Shown here one piece after another: positions 16,520 to 25,264 of a stretch of DNA of 47,605 bases (position 1 is its first letter; the number at the start of each line of letters is the position of its first letter). Made by a program: the position numbers and the translations under genes. A model generated the notes under the pieces. It made no database searches. It worked only from the letters and a program-made list of their open reading frames with translations, and was not told where the DNA came from. Source of the stretch: Actinomycetota bacterium (GTDB lineage Bacteria; Actinomycetota; Thermoleophilia; Gaiellales; Gaiellaceae); contig JACCWU010000173.1 of NCBI GenBank assembly GCA_013697465.1, positions 1-47,605 on the forward strand, in the 5' to 3' direction.

Positions 16520-17419
16520 ATGGCGTACGCGGCAACGGCGCGCGGTCGGTCGAAGCTCCCGGACGCGGAGCGAGTTCGCACTGCGGCTGTACGTGTCGGC
16601 CTCTTCCTCGCCGTGCTCGCCGGCCTCTCGGGGCTCTGGGAAGGTTTTCGCGCCTTCGCCGAGGCGACAGGTCTCCGGCTCGGCCTGTTCGAAGCCAACG
16701 ACCGCACGATGCCCCACATCCACGACATCGTCGGCCAGCTCTTCGAGCCCTCACGCCGCAACGGTCCGCTGCTGATCGACGTGCTCTGGGATGCGGCGCT
16801 CTTCACCGCGAAGGAGGCGGCCGTCGGCCTAGTGCTCGGCGCGCTCTTCGGGTTCGCCCTCGGCGTGCTTCTCGCTCACTCGGGCCTCCTGCAGCGCGGG
16901 CTTCTGCCCTACGTCGTCGCCTCGCAGACGGTCCCGATCCTCGCCGTGGCGCCGATGGTCGTCGTCTGGGGGAACCCCAGGCTTCCGCCGGGATTGCGCG
17001 ACTGGGGGGCGGTGGCGGTGATTTCCGCATATCTCACGTTCTTCCCGGTGACGATCAACACGCTCCGTGGGCTGACCTCGGTCGATCCGCGAACTATCGA
17101 CCTCATGCGATCGTATGCCGCAAGCTGGTGGTCGGTGCTCTGGAAGCTCCGCGTTCCGGCAGCACTCCCATTCATCTTCGCGGCGCTCAAGATCGCGGCG
17201 CCGGCGAGCGTCGTCGGCGCCATCATCGGGGAGCTCCCCGCCTCGATACAGAGCGGGCTCGGGGGAGCGATCCTCAACTTCAACCAGTACTACATCACGT
17301 CCCCGCCGAGTCTCTGGGCGACGAATCTCATCGCCGCGCTTCTCGGGATCACGTTCTTTCTCACCGTCGTCGCCGCCGAGCGGGTTCTCGTCCGGAGGGC
17401 ACCGGAGCACTTCGCATGA
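16520..17419 (+). CDS. ABC transporter permease (NitT/TauT-type), subunit 1
   Basis: I chose the ATG at 16520 because the GTG at 16454 would overlap the divergent gene's start. It has a BPD_transp_1-like EAA loop region (MRSYAASWWSVLWKLRVPAALPFIFAALK) and six TM helices. Confidence 0.85.
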   Translation: MAYAATARGRSKLPDAERVRTAAVRVGLFLAVLAGLSGLWEGFRAFAEATGLRLGLFEANDRTMPHIHDIVGQLFEPSRRNGPLLIDVLWDAALFTAKEAAVGLVLGALFGFALGVLLAHSGLLQRGLLPYVVASQTVPILAVAPMVVVWGNPRLPPGLRDWGAVAVISAYLTFFPVTINTLRGLTSVDPRTIDLMRSYAASWWSVLWKLRVPAALPFIFAALKIAAPASVVGAIIGELPASIQSGLGGAILNFNQYYITSPPSLWATNLIAALLGITFFLTVVAAERVLVRRAPEHFA

Positions 17420-18240
17420 GTGGGTCAGCTGTCGTCTCGTTGAGCAATGTCACGAAGGCTTTCGGCGGGGGTGTCACCGCACTCCAGTCGATCGACCTCG
17501 AGGTGCAGCCCGGCGAGTTCGTCTCTCTCATCGGGCCTTCGGGGTGCGGGAAGTCGACGCTGCTCAGGATCGTCGGCGATCTCGTCGAACCGACCTCAGG
17601 CGATGTCGTCGTCAACGGCAAGAGCGCACGGCAGGCCCGTCTCGACCGGGAGTACGGGATCGTCTTCCAGGACTCCGTCCTCTACGACTGGCGCACGGTT
17701 TCGAAGAACATCGGGCTCCCTCTCGAGCTCCTCGGATGGGACCGCTCGAAGCGGGCCGATCGCGTGCGCGAGATGCTCGAGCTCGTCGAGCTGCAGGGCT
17801 TCGGAGATCATCGCCCGTGGCAGCTCTCCGGCGGTATGCAGCAGCGGGTCTCGATTGCCCGGGCGCTGTCCTTCTCTCCGGCGCTCCTGCTCATGGACGA
17901 GCCGTTCGGCGCGCTCGACGAGATGACTCGAGAGCGGTTGAATGCCGAGGTTCTGCGGATCTGGGCGCGGAGCCGCAGCACGGTTCTCTTCGTGACGCAC
18001 TCGATTCCGGAGGCCGTCTTCCTTTCGACGCGCGTCGTGGTCATGTCGCGCCGGCCGGGCCGCATCGCCGCAATCGTCGACGTCGACCTCGCGCAACCGC
18101 GAGGTGCGGACACGCGCGAGGACGCGCGTTTCTTCGAGCTGGTAACCGAGGTTCGCGACCGCCTGCGCGAGGGTGGCCTGGACGCGGACCGAACGGCCCC
18201 GGGTGAGGGCGAGCTCGTCGTCGGCGGCGAGACACCGTGA
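17416..18240 (+). CDS. ABC transporter ATP-binding protein (NitT/TauT-type)
   Basis: ATGA overlap with the permease stop. Walker A GPSGCGKSTLL, signature LSGGMQQRVSIARAL, Walker B LLLMDEPFGALD. The upstream 300 codons of ORF 16510..18240 are an out-of-frame shadow of the permease. Confidence 0.9.
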   Translation: MSGSAVVSLSNVTKAFGGGVTALQSIDLEVQPGEFVSLIGPSGCGKSTLLRIVGDLVEPTSGDVVVNGKSARQARLDREYGIVFQDSVLYDWRTVSKNIGLPLELLGWDRSKRADRVREMLELVELQGFGDHRPWQLSGGMQQRVSIARALSFSPALLLMDEPFGALDEMTRERLNAEVLRIWARSRSTVLFVTHSIPEAVFLSTRVVVMSRRPGRIAAIVDVDLAQPRGADTREDARFFELVTEVRDRLREGGLDADRTAPGEGELVVGGETP

Positions 18241-19067
18241 CCACGCCCGGGTTGGTCGAGCCGCTGCCTCCGGGGTTCCTCAACCGGTTCGGCCGGGGGC
18301 TGCGCGACTGGGTGCCGGCCGTGCTCGTCTTCGTCCTCGGGATCCTCTTCTGGGAGGCGCTCGTTCGCGGGCTCGAGATCCAGAACTTCCTCCTGCCGGC
18401 GCCCTCGGACATCGTCGAGACCCTCTGGGTCGAGCGTGACCAACTGTGGACTGCGGCGTCCATCACGTTCCGAGAGGCACTCGGCGGATGGATCATCGGG
18501 TGCTCGCTCGGGTTTCTCGCGGCGCTCGTGCTCGCCCGCTGGCGTCTTCTCTCGACCGCCCTTATGCCTTACGCGGTCGCCGCCGGCGCGATACCGATCG
18601 TGGCGTTCGCGCCGATCACGAACAACTGGTTCGGTGTGACCGGCCTGACTTCGAAAGTCGTGATCGCGGCCGTGCTCTGCTTCTTCCCGGTGATGGTGAA
18701 CACGCTGAAAGGCTTGACGTCCGTCCCTGCGTCCGCGATCGAGCTGATGCATTCTTACGCTGCGGGCGAGTTCACGATTCTTCGGCGAGTGCGGCTCCCC
18801 AACGCGTTGCCGTACGTCTTCACGGGGTTGAAGGTGGGCACGGTTCTCGCGATGATCGGCGCGATCGTGGGGGACTACTTCGGCGGTGCATCCGGTTCGC
18901 TCGGCGTTCAGATACAGCGCTGGACCGGCATCTTCGCCTTCGAAGAAGCGTGGGCCGGCATCGTGGTCGCGAGCGTCATCGGGATCCTCTTCTACGGGAG
19001 CGTCGCTCTCGCCGAGCGACGCGTCATGGCGTGGCACCCCTCGCTACGAGGCGGAAGACCGGAGTAG
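18237..19067 (+). CDS. ABC transporter permease (NitT/TauT-type), subunit 2
   Basis: GTGA overlap with the ATPase stop. Paralogous to 16520..17419 (MHSYAAGEFTILRRVRLPNALPYVFTGLK). Confidence 0.9.
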   Translation: MTTPGLVEPLPPGFLNRFGRGLRDWVPAVLVFVLGILFWEALVRGLEIQNFLLPAPSDIVETLWVERDQLWTAASITFREALGGWIIGCSLGFLAALVLARWRLLSTALMPYAVAAGAIPIVAFAPITNNWFGVTGLTSKVVIAAVLCFFPVMVNTLKGLTSVPASAIELMHSYAAGEFTILRRVRLPNALPYVFTGLKVGTVLAMIGAIVGDYFGGASGSLGVQIQRWTGIFAFEEAWAGIVVASVIGILFYGSVALAERRVMAWHPSLRGGRPE

Positions 19068-19107
19068 GGTTGGCGGTCAGGCAGGCAAGAAGACAAGGAG
19101 GAAGGGT

Positions 19108-20256
19108 ATGAGGAGCCGGAGGTGGAGCCTCTTGGTCGTGCTGGCTCTCGTGGTCGCCGCGCTGGCGCTGGTGGGATGCGGCGACGACGACGACGAGGCG
19201 ACCGGGACGACGGACACGACGACCGATACGATTGCGAGCGGCGATCTCGACCAGGTAACGCTGCAGAGCAAGTGGGTGGTGCAGGCGCAGTTCGCCGGTT
19301 ACTACGCCGCGAAGGACCAGGGCTACTACGAGGACGAGGGGCTCGACGTCACGATTAGGCCGGGCGGCCCGCAGATCGTCCCCGAGCAGGTCGTCCTCGG
19401 AGGGCAGGCGGAGTTCGGCATCGACTGGCTCGACAACCTGCTCGCAACGCGAGATCAGGGTCAGAACATCGTGAACATCGCCCAGGTCTTCGCGCGGTCC
19501 GGCATGACCGAGGTGACCTGGAAGGACAGTGGGCTCGACGAGATCACGGACCTGCGTGGCAAGAAGGTCGGTGTGTGGATCAACGGGAACGAGCACAAGC
19601 TCTTCGCCGCGTTGACCAAGAACGGCCTCGATCCGCAGAACGACGTCGATGTCGTCGCACAGCCGTTCAACATGGACCTCCTTCTGAATCGCGAGGTGGA
19701 GGCGGCGGCAGCGATGACCTACAACGAGCTCGCTCAGATTCTGGAGACGGAGAACCCGGACACCGGCGAGCTGTACACGCTCGACGATCTCAACGTCTTC
19801 AGGATGTCCGAGCTCGGAACGGGCGCGCTCGAAGACGGGGTCTTCGTCACCGAGGAGTGGATCGCCGACGAGGCGAACCAGGACATCGCGAAGCGGTTCC
19901 TGAAGGCGAGCTTCCGCGGGTGGATCTACTGCCGCGACAACCCCGACGCATGCGTCGACATCGTGCTCGACAACGGGCCGACTCTCGGCGAAGGGCACCA
20001 GCGCTGGATGATGAACGAGGTCAACGACCTCATCTGGCCGTCCCCGGACGGCATCGGGATCATGGATGCAGAGTCCTTCGACGTCACGAACCAGATCGCG
20101 ACCGACTACGACATCATCAAGTCGGCGGCGACCGAGGACGCGTACAGGACGGATATCGCCGAGGCTGCGGTGCAGGAGCTCGAAGACGACGGCGAGGACG
20201 TCAACGGTGATGACTGGGAGAAGCCGGAGGTGGAGGTGACCCCGGGCGGCGAGTAG
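19108..20256 (+). CDS. ABC substrate-binding lipoprotein, NMT1/THI5-like
   Basis: AAGGAGGAAGGG ribosome-binding site 5-16 nt upstream. Lipobox LALVGC, a low-complexity D/T linker, then LQSKWVVQAQFAGYYAAKDQGYYEDEGLDV typical of NMT1/ThiY-type binding proteins. Confidence 0.9.
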   Translation: MRSRRWSLLVVLALVVAALALVGCGDDDDEATGTTDTTTDTIASGDLDQVTLQSKWVVQAQFAGYYAAKDQGYYEDEGLDVTIRPGGPQIVPEQVVLGGQAEFGIDWLDNLLATRDQGQNIVNIAQVFARSGMTEVTWKDSGLDEITDLRGKKVGVWINGNEHKLFAALTKNGLDPQNDVDVVAQPFNMDLLLNREVEAAAAMTYNELAQILETENPDTGELYTLDDLNVFRMSELGTGALEDGVFVTEEWIADEANQDIAKRFLKASFRGWIYCRDNPDACVDIVLDNGPTLGEGHQRWMMNEVNDLIWPSPDGIGIMDAESFDVTNQIATDYDIIKSAATEDAYRTDIAEAAVQELEDDGEDVNGDDWEKPEVEVTPGGE

Positions 20257-20274
20257 GGAGTTCCGAAGCCGAAA

Positions 20275-20302
20275 GGGCCGGGCTGCGCGGGCAGCCCGGC
20301 CC
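20275..20302 (+). terminator. Perfect 12-bp GC-rich hairpin between the binding-protein gene and dihydropyrimidinase
   Basis: GGGCCGGGCTGC-gcgg-GCAGCCCGGCCC lies 19 nt after the stop at 20256, followed by TGTTCG (no real U tract). A Shine-Dalgarno-like GGAAGGGAG precedes the next GTG at 20328. Confidence 0.4.
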
Positions 20303-20327
20303 TGTTCGAGGAAGGGAGTGAAGAGTC

Positions 20328-21734
20328 GTGTCGGTTCTGATCAAGGGCGGGCGGATCATCACCGCAGCCGACGACTACGTCGGCGACGTGTATATCGAGG
20401 GCGAGCGGATCACGCTTATCGGCGAGTCCCTCGACGTCGACGCGGATCGCGTGATCGACGCGGCCGGACGATACGTGCTCCCGGGCTGCGTCGACCCGCA
20501 CACGCACCTCGACATGCCCTTCGGCGGAACGACGACGATCGACGACTACACCTCCGGCCAGACTTCGGCTGCCTTCGGCGGAACGACCTGCCATGTGGAT
20601 TTCTGCATCCAGCCCCCTGGCTCGTCGTTCGCAGAGGCGCTCGACATCTGGCACGAGAAGCGGGAGGGCAAGCAGATCATCGACTGCGGCTTCCACATGG
20701 CCGTCACGGATCTGCGAGAGGGCGGCTCGCTCGAAGAGCTCGCGCGGCTGCCCGAGCAGGGAGTGACCTCGTACAAGCTCTTCATGGCCTACAAGGGCGC
20801 GCTCATGGTCGACGACGAGACGCTCTTCAAGACGATGGAGGTCGCGGCGGAGACCGGCGCGCTCGTGATGGTGCACGCGGAGAACGGCGACGCGATCGAC
20901 GTCCTCGTCAAGCAGGCGCTTGCCTCGGGTAACACGGCACCGCACTTCCACGCACTGACCAGGCCGCCCGAGCTCGAGGGCGAGGCGACGAACCGCGCGA
21001 TCCAGCTCGCGCGGGTTGCCGGCGCTCCGCTCTACGTCGTCCACGTCTCCTGCCGTGAGGCGGTGGAGCCCATCGCGCGCGCACGGGAGCAGGGTTGGGA
21101 CGTCTGGGGCGAGACGTGCACGCAGTACTTCTTCATCGACTACACGCACCTCGAGCGGCCGAACTTCGAGGGCGCGAAATACGTCTACACCCCACCGCCC
21201 CGGTCGCAGGAGAACCAGGAGATCCTCTGGCACGCGGTGCGCTCCGACATCCTCTCGGTCGTCTCGACCGACCACTGCGCGTTTCTCTGGGACGGTCAGA
21301 AGTCGCTCGGCAAGGACGACTTCTCGAAGATTCCGAACGGCGGTCCCGGGCTCGAGAACCGGCTGCACATGATCCACGAGTTCGGCGTTCGTACGGGTCG
21401 TTTCTCCCTCAACCGCATGGTCGAGCTGCTCGCCACGAATCCGGCGAAGCTCTTCGGTCTCTATCCGAGGAAGGGCACGATCGCGCCCGGCTCCGACGCG
21501 GACGTCGTCGTCTTCGATCCCGAGAAGCGGCATCTGATCTCGGCGTCGACGCATCATTCGAAGGTGGACTACAACCTGTACGAGGGCACGGAGGTCACCG
21601 GGTCACCGGAGGTCGTCTTGCTTCGCGGCGCCGTGCTCGTCGAGAACGGCGAGCTCGTCGCCGAGCCCGGCGTCGGACAGTTCGTCGAGCGTGCTGCATT
21701 CGGGCAGGAGCTCATGCCCGCCGCAGCTCGCTGA
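20328..21734 (+). CDS. Dihydropyrimidinase / D-hydantoinase
   Basis: VLIKGGRIITA...VLPGCVDPHTHLDMPFGGTTT.DDY.SGQ.SAAFGGTT...SYKLFMAYKG...MVHAENGD...PLYVVHVS...VSTDHC is the cyclic amidohydrolase metal-ligand set (HxH, carboxylated Lys context, H, H, D). Confidence 0.9.
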   Translation: MSVLIKGGRIITAADDYVGDVYIEGERITLIGESLDVDADRVIDAAGRYVLPGCVDPHTHLDMPFGGTTTIDDYTSGQTSAAFGGTTCHVDFCIQPPGSSFAEALDIWHEKREGKQIIDCGFHMAVTDLREGGSLEELARLPEQGVTSYKLFMAYKGALMVDDETLFKTMEVAAETGALVMVHAENGDAIDVLVKQALASGNTAPHFHALTRPPELEGEATNRAIQLARVAGAPLYVVHVSCREAVEPIARAREQGWDVWGETCTQYFFIDYTHLERPNFEGAKYVYTPPPRSQENQEILWHAVRSDILSVVSTDHCAFLWDGQKSLGKDDFSKIPNGGPGLENRLHMIHEFGVRTGRFSLNRMVELLATNPAKLFGLYPRKGTIAPGSDADVVVFDPEKRHLISASTHHSKVDYNLYEGTEVTGSPEVVLLRGAVLVENGELVAEPGVGQFVERAAFGQELMPAAAR

Positions 21735-21778
21735 TCCAATGGGAGACTGAAACAACGTATGCTGCGGCTACCAAGCGG

Positions 21779-21877
21779 CCCGATGGAAAGAGCAGCGCCA
21801 AGGCCGCGAAAGCGGCCGTCTTCAGGGATTTTGCGCGAGCGGAATCTGCGCGAGCGGATTCCGATCTAGCGCAGCTA
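21779..21877 (-). repeat. Structured intergenic repeat, copy B (inverted relative to copies A/D; variant hairpin 1)
   Basis: The reverse complement aligns end to end with 29044-29140: ..TAGCTGCGCTAGATCGGAATCCGCTCGCGCAGATTCCGCTCGCGCAAAATCCCTGAAGACGGCCGCTTTCGCGGCCTTGGCGCTGCTCTTTCC.. Hairpin 2 is 21802-21817 and hairpin 1 is 21840-21863. Confidence 0.8.
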
Positions 21878-21972
21878 AGAGTGCGCGGAGGTGCGCCCGA
21901 CACCTTCCCCCTTGTCCGGCGCCCACCGCGCACCCCAACCACGCCGGTAGGCCTCGCGCTTCCGACCCCGGT

Positions 21973-21978
21973 TACGAT
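21973..21978 (+). promoter_or_regulatory. Candidate -10 box TACGAT, 8 nt before the aminotransferase ATG at 21987
   Basis: TACGAT-gcagctcg-ATG with no Shine-Dalgarno sequence. It lies downstream of repeat copy B. Confidence 0.45.
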
Positions 21979-21986
21979 GCAGCTCG

Positions 21987-23336
21987 ATGACGACCACTGA
22001 GGCGAACCTCGGGGCGCAGATTGTCGAGGACGCGAAGGAGTTCGTCCTCTACTCCTGGTCGGTGCAGGACGCGATCAACCCGATCCCGGTGGCGGGCGCC
22101 GAGGGCCGCTACTTCTGGGATTACGACGGCAAGCGCTACCTCGACTTCGCGTCACAGCTCGTCAACGTCAACATCGGTCACCAGCACCCGAAGATCGTCG
22201 CCGCGATCAAGGAGCAGGCTGACAAGCTCTGCACGATCGGGCCGCCGATGGCCAACGAGTCGCGATCGCAGCTTGGGCGTCTCCTCGCGGAGGTCACTCC
22301 GGGCGATCTGTCGATGTCGTTCTTCACGAACTCGGGGGCGGAGGCGAACGAGAACGCCATCAAGCTCGCGCGGCTTTCCACGGGCCGCAACAAGATCATC
22401 GCCCGCTACCGCTCCTACCACGGGGCGACGCACGGAGCGATCTCGCTGACCGGCGATCCGCGGCGCTGGCCGAACGAGCCGGGAATGCCCGGCGTCGTTC
22501 GCATGCTCGACCCCTACACGTATCGCTGCCCCGCAGGGCATCCCGATCCGTGCCCGGTCTGTACCGGCGCGCCGCACCTCGAGGAGATCCTCGAGTACGA
22601 GGGCGCGCAGACGGTTGCAGCGGTGATCCTCGAGACGGTGACGGGGACGAACGGCGTCATCCCGCCCCCGGACGGCTACCTGCAGGCCGTGCGCGAGGTG
22701 TGCGACCGGCACGGGATCCTGCTGATACTCGACGAGGTGATGGCCGGCTTCGGACGAACCGGGCTCTGGTTCGCGTGCGAGAACTGGGACGTCGTCCCGG
22801 ACATCATCACGGTCGCGAAGGGGATCAACTCCGGCTATGTCCCGCTCGGCGCGATGATCATCCGCAGGCCGCTCGCGGACTGGGTTCGGGGCCGCTTCTT
22901 CCCCGGCGGGCTCACCTACGCGGGGCACCCGCTCGCGTGTGCCTCCGCCGTCGCCTCGATCGAGGCTTTCCAGGAGGAGGGCGTGGTCGAGAACGCAGCC
23001 GAGGTGGGCGCGTACCTCGGCCAGGGCCTTCGCGGTCTGACGGAGAGCCACGAGTCGATCGGCGACGTGCGCGGCCTCGGCTGTTTCTGGGGAGTCGAGC
23101 TCGTGAAGAACCGCGAGACGCGCGAGATGCTCGTTCCGTACAACGCATCGGGGGAGGCGGCGGCGCCCGTGGCCCGGCTGGCGAAGGCGGCGCTCGAGCG
23201 CGGCCTGTACCTGATGACGCACTGGAACGTGGTCATGGTCGTGCCGCCGCTCACGGTCACCCGTGACGAGGTGGACGAGGGTCTCGCGATCTTCGACGAG
23301 GCTCTCGCGATCGCCGACGAGTACGTCGCCGCGTAG
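21987..23336 (+). CDS. Class III (omega) aminotransferase, beta-alanine/taurine:pyruvate-type
   Basis: LDFASQLVNVNIGHQHPKIVAAIKEQ, SGAEANENAIKLAR, YHGAT, ILDEVMAGFGRTG and PDIITVAKGINSGY (PLP lysine). Confidence 0.9.
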   Translation: MTTTEANLGAQIVEDAKEFVLYSWSVQDAINPIPVAGAEGRYFWDYDGKRYLDFASQLVNVNIGHQHPKIVAAIKEQADKLCTIGPPMANESRSQLGRLLAEVTPGDLSMSFFTNSGAEANENAIKLARLSTGRNKIIARYRSYHGATHGAISLTGDPRRWPNEPGMPGVVRMLDPYTYRCPAGHPDPCPVCTGAPHLEEILEYEGAQTVAAVILETVTGTNGVIPPPDGYLQAVREVCDRHGILLILDEVMAGFGRTGLWFACENWDVVPDIITVAKGINSGYVPLGAMIIRRPLADWVRGRFFPGGLTYAGHPLACASAVASIEAFQEEGVVENAAEVGAYLGQGLRGLTESHESIGDVRGLGCFWGVELVKNRETREMLVPYNASGEAAAPVARLAKAALERGLYLMTHWNVVMVVPPLTVTRDEVDEGLAIFDEALAIADEYVAA

Positions 23337-23339
23337 CGC

Positions 23340-24473
23340 TTGTCCGACGTCGCCGAGCTGACCGCTCGACTGGTCGAGATCGAGTCGATCAACCCGAATG
23401 TCGTCGCCGGGGGATCCGGCGAGAGAGCGGTGGCCCGATTCGTGGCCGAGTGGTGCGAGCGAGCAGGTCTCGAGACAGCTCTCGAGGAAGCGGTGCCGGG
23501 CCGACCGAACGTGATAGCGGTTGCCCGCGGGACCGGCGGCGGGCGTGCGCTGATGCTGAACGCGCACATGGACACGGTCGGAGTCGCCGGCATGACCGGT
23601 CCGTTCGCTCCGCGAGTCGAGGGCGGGCGCCTCTACGGCCGCGGGGCCTACGACATGAAGGGAAGCCTCGCCGCCTGCATGCTCGCCACGGCGGAGGCAA
23701 GTCGCAGGCGTCGGGCCGGCGACGTCATGCTGACAGCGGTCGCCGACGAGGAGTTCGCGAGTGTAGGCACCGAGGCGGTCGCGAGGAGTCTCAGCGCCGA
23801 CGCGGCCATCGTCACCGAGCCGACGGAGCTGCAGGTTGCGGTTGCGCATCGCGGCTTCGTGCACCTCGAGATCGAGACGAAGGGACGAGCCGCTCATGGC
23901 TCGCGGCCGCATCTCGGGGTCGACGCGATCGCGAAGATGGGCCGCCTGCTCGTGGCGATCGAGCAGCTGGACGCCTCCCTGCGCGCCGACCCGACCCATC
24001 GGTACGTGGGAAGCGGGAGTGTGCACGCATCGCTCATCGAGGGCGGCCAGGAGTACTCGAGCTACCCGGCCCGGTGCGTCTTGCAGGCGGAACGCCGGAC
24101 GATCCCCGGCGAGACGGTCGCGCTGGTGGAGGGAGAGCTCCAGGAGATCGTCGCGCGCGCCGCCGCGGGCGACCCGGATTTCTCCGCCGAGGTCCGCGTG
24201 CTGGCTTCGCGCGAGCCCTTCGAAGCCGCCGAAAATTCGGAGATCGTCACCACAGTTCGCCGATCCGCAGCTTCGGTTCTCGGCTCCGAGCCGGATGTCG
24301 TCGGCGTCTCGTTCTGGGCGGACTCGGCGCTCCTCGCCGGCGCCGGAATCCCGACAGTGCTCTTCGGGCCGTCGGGCGAAGGCGCGCACGCCGAGGTGGA
24401 GTGGGTCGACGTCGAGTCTCTCGAGCGCTGCGTCGAGATCTACGCCGCGGTCGCCGGCGAGCTCTGCGGCTAG
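23340..24473 (+). CDS. M20-family deacylase (ArgE/DapE-like)
   Basis: TTG start 4 nt after the aminotransferase stop. LVEIESINP, MLNAHMDTVG, GRLYGRGAYDMKGSLAA and VADEEFASVG. Confidence 0.85.
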   Translation: MSDVAELTARLVEIESINPNVVAGGSGERAVARFVAEWCERAGLETALEEAVPGRPNVIAVARGTGGGRALMLNAHMDTVGVAGMTGPFAPRVEGGRLYGRGAYDMKGSLAACMLATAEASRRRRAGDVMLTAVADEEFASVGTEAVARSLSADAAIVTEPTELQVAVAHRGFVHLEIETKGRAAHGSRPHLGVDAIAKMGRLLVAIEQLDASLRADPTHRYVGSGSVHASLIEGGQEYSSYPARCVLQAERRTIPGETVALVEGELQEIVARAAAGDPDFSAEVRVLASREPFEAAENSEIVTTVRRSAASVLGSEPDVVGVSFWADSALLAGAGIPTVLFGPSGEGAHAEVEWVDVESLERCVEIYAAVAGELCG

Positions 24474-25264
24474 TCCGCGAGGAAGCGGGAGATCGCCTCT
24501 GCGGTCTCGTCCAATGCGTCCCAGAGGACGGTGTGCCCGCCCGGGACGAAGACGACCTCGAGCAGGTCGCCGAGCGCGGTCTGGTGCGCATCGAACAGGT
24601 GGTCGTAGGGCAGGTACGAGCGGTTCCCGAGAACGAGGAGCGTGGGCACCCGCACGCGCTCGAAGGGCGGCGGCTGCGACGCCATCTCGCCGTAGGCTGC
24701 CACGACCGCGGACTGGGAATACCGGTAGCGATAGAGTCCGTCCTCGCCGGCGACGAGGTGGCCTCGCAGCTCCTCTTCGACGAGCTCGCGAGGAGCTTCC
24801 TGGAGCTGGCTCTCGTCGTAGCGCCGGTCGATACCTTCCTCGAAGGAGACGTACGCGCGGTCCTTGCGTGCGTTCTCGGCCGCGAAGAGCGCGACCCCGG
24901 CCGGAACGAGGATCGCCGGGTCGAGGAGCACGAGTCGCGGCACGAGCTTGGGCGCGCGAGCCGCGAGCTCGAAGGCGAGTCTGCCGCCGAAGGAGTGGCC
25001 GATGAGCACGGCCGGCTCCGAGCCGACGGTCTCCACGATCGCCTCGAGCTGGGCCTCGATGTCCCACGGCGGCTCGTACCGCGACGATCCGTGACCGAGC
25101 AGATCCGGGGCAGCGAGGTGGAAGCCGGGCAGTGCCTCCGCCAGCTTCGCGAAGTGGCGGCCGTGGCTCGTCACGCCGTGGAGGCAGACCACGCGCGGCG
25201 CGGTGCGCTTTCCCCAGGTCTCGAGCGCGAGCGGCCGAAGCCAGCTCTCGAAGGCGAGCTTCAC
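24470..25264 (-). CDS. Alpha/beta-fold hydrolase
   Basis: I trimmed to the GTG at 25264, which overlaps the peroxiredoxin stop (GTGA). PRVVCLHGVTSHGRHF, nucleophile elbow LIGHSFGG, and a C-terminal GGH. The 84 upstream codons of ORF 24470..25516 are a shadow of the peroxiredoxin gene. Its stop overlaps the convergent M20 stop within CTAG (24470-24473). Confidence 0.85.
   Translation of the reverse strand: MKLAFESWLRPLALETWGKRTAPRVVCLHGVTSHGRHFAKLAEALPGFHLAAPDLLGHGSSRYEPPWDIEAQLEAIVETVGSEPAVLIGHSFGGRLAFELAARAPKLVPRLVLLDPAILVPAGVALFAAENARKDRAYVSFEEGIDRRYDESQLQEAPRELVEEELRGHLVAGEDGLYRYRYSQSAVVAAYGEMASQPPPFERVRVPTLLVLGNRSYLPYDHLFDAHQTALGDLLEVVFVPGGHTVLWDALDETAEAISRFLAD

Noticed and set aside
16510-17415. 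N-terminal extensions of long plus-strand ORFs: 16510..18240, 25421..27745, 27148..29046, 42283..44868, 30448..32187, 32242..34092, 29622..30566, 3613..4323, 4230..5183
   Set aside because: Only the C-terminal parts match protein families. The upstream parts overlap the preceding real gene out of frame and are Arg-rich. I trimmed starts to in-frame ATG/GTG codons at stop/start overlaps or just after the upstream gene.
19180-19215. GAC/GAT-rich low-complexity run (gacgacgacgacgag...acgacggacacgacgacc) as a tandem repeat
   Set aside because: It encodes the Asp/Thr-rich flexible linker after the lipoprotein Cys. It is in frame and typical of substrate-binding lipoproteins, not a non-coding repeat.
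22152-25067. 971-aa minus-strand ORF, the longest in the track
   Set aside because: Extremely Arg/Gly/Pro/Ala-rich with no recognisable domain. It lies antisense to three well-supported plus-strand genes (aminotransferase, M20, and the region opposite the alpha/beta hydrolase). This is the typical stop-poor antisense frame of high-GC DNA.
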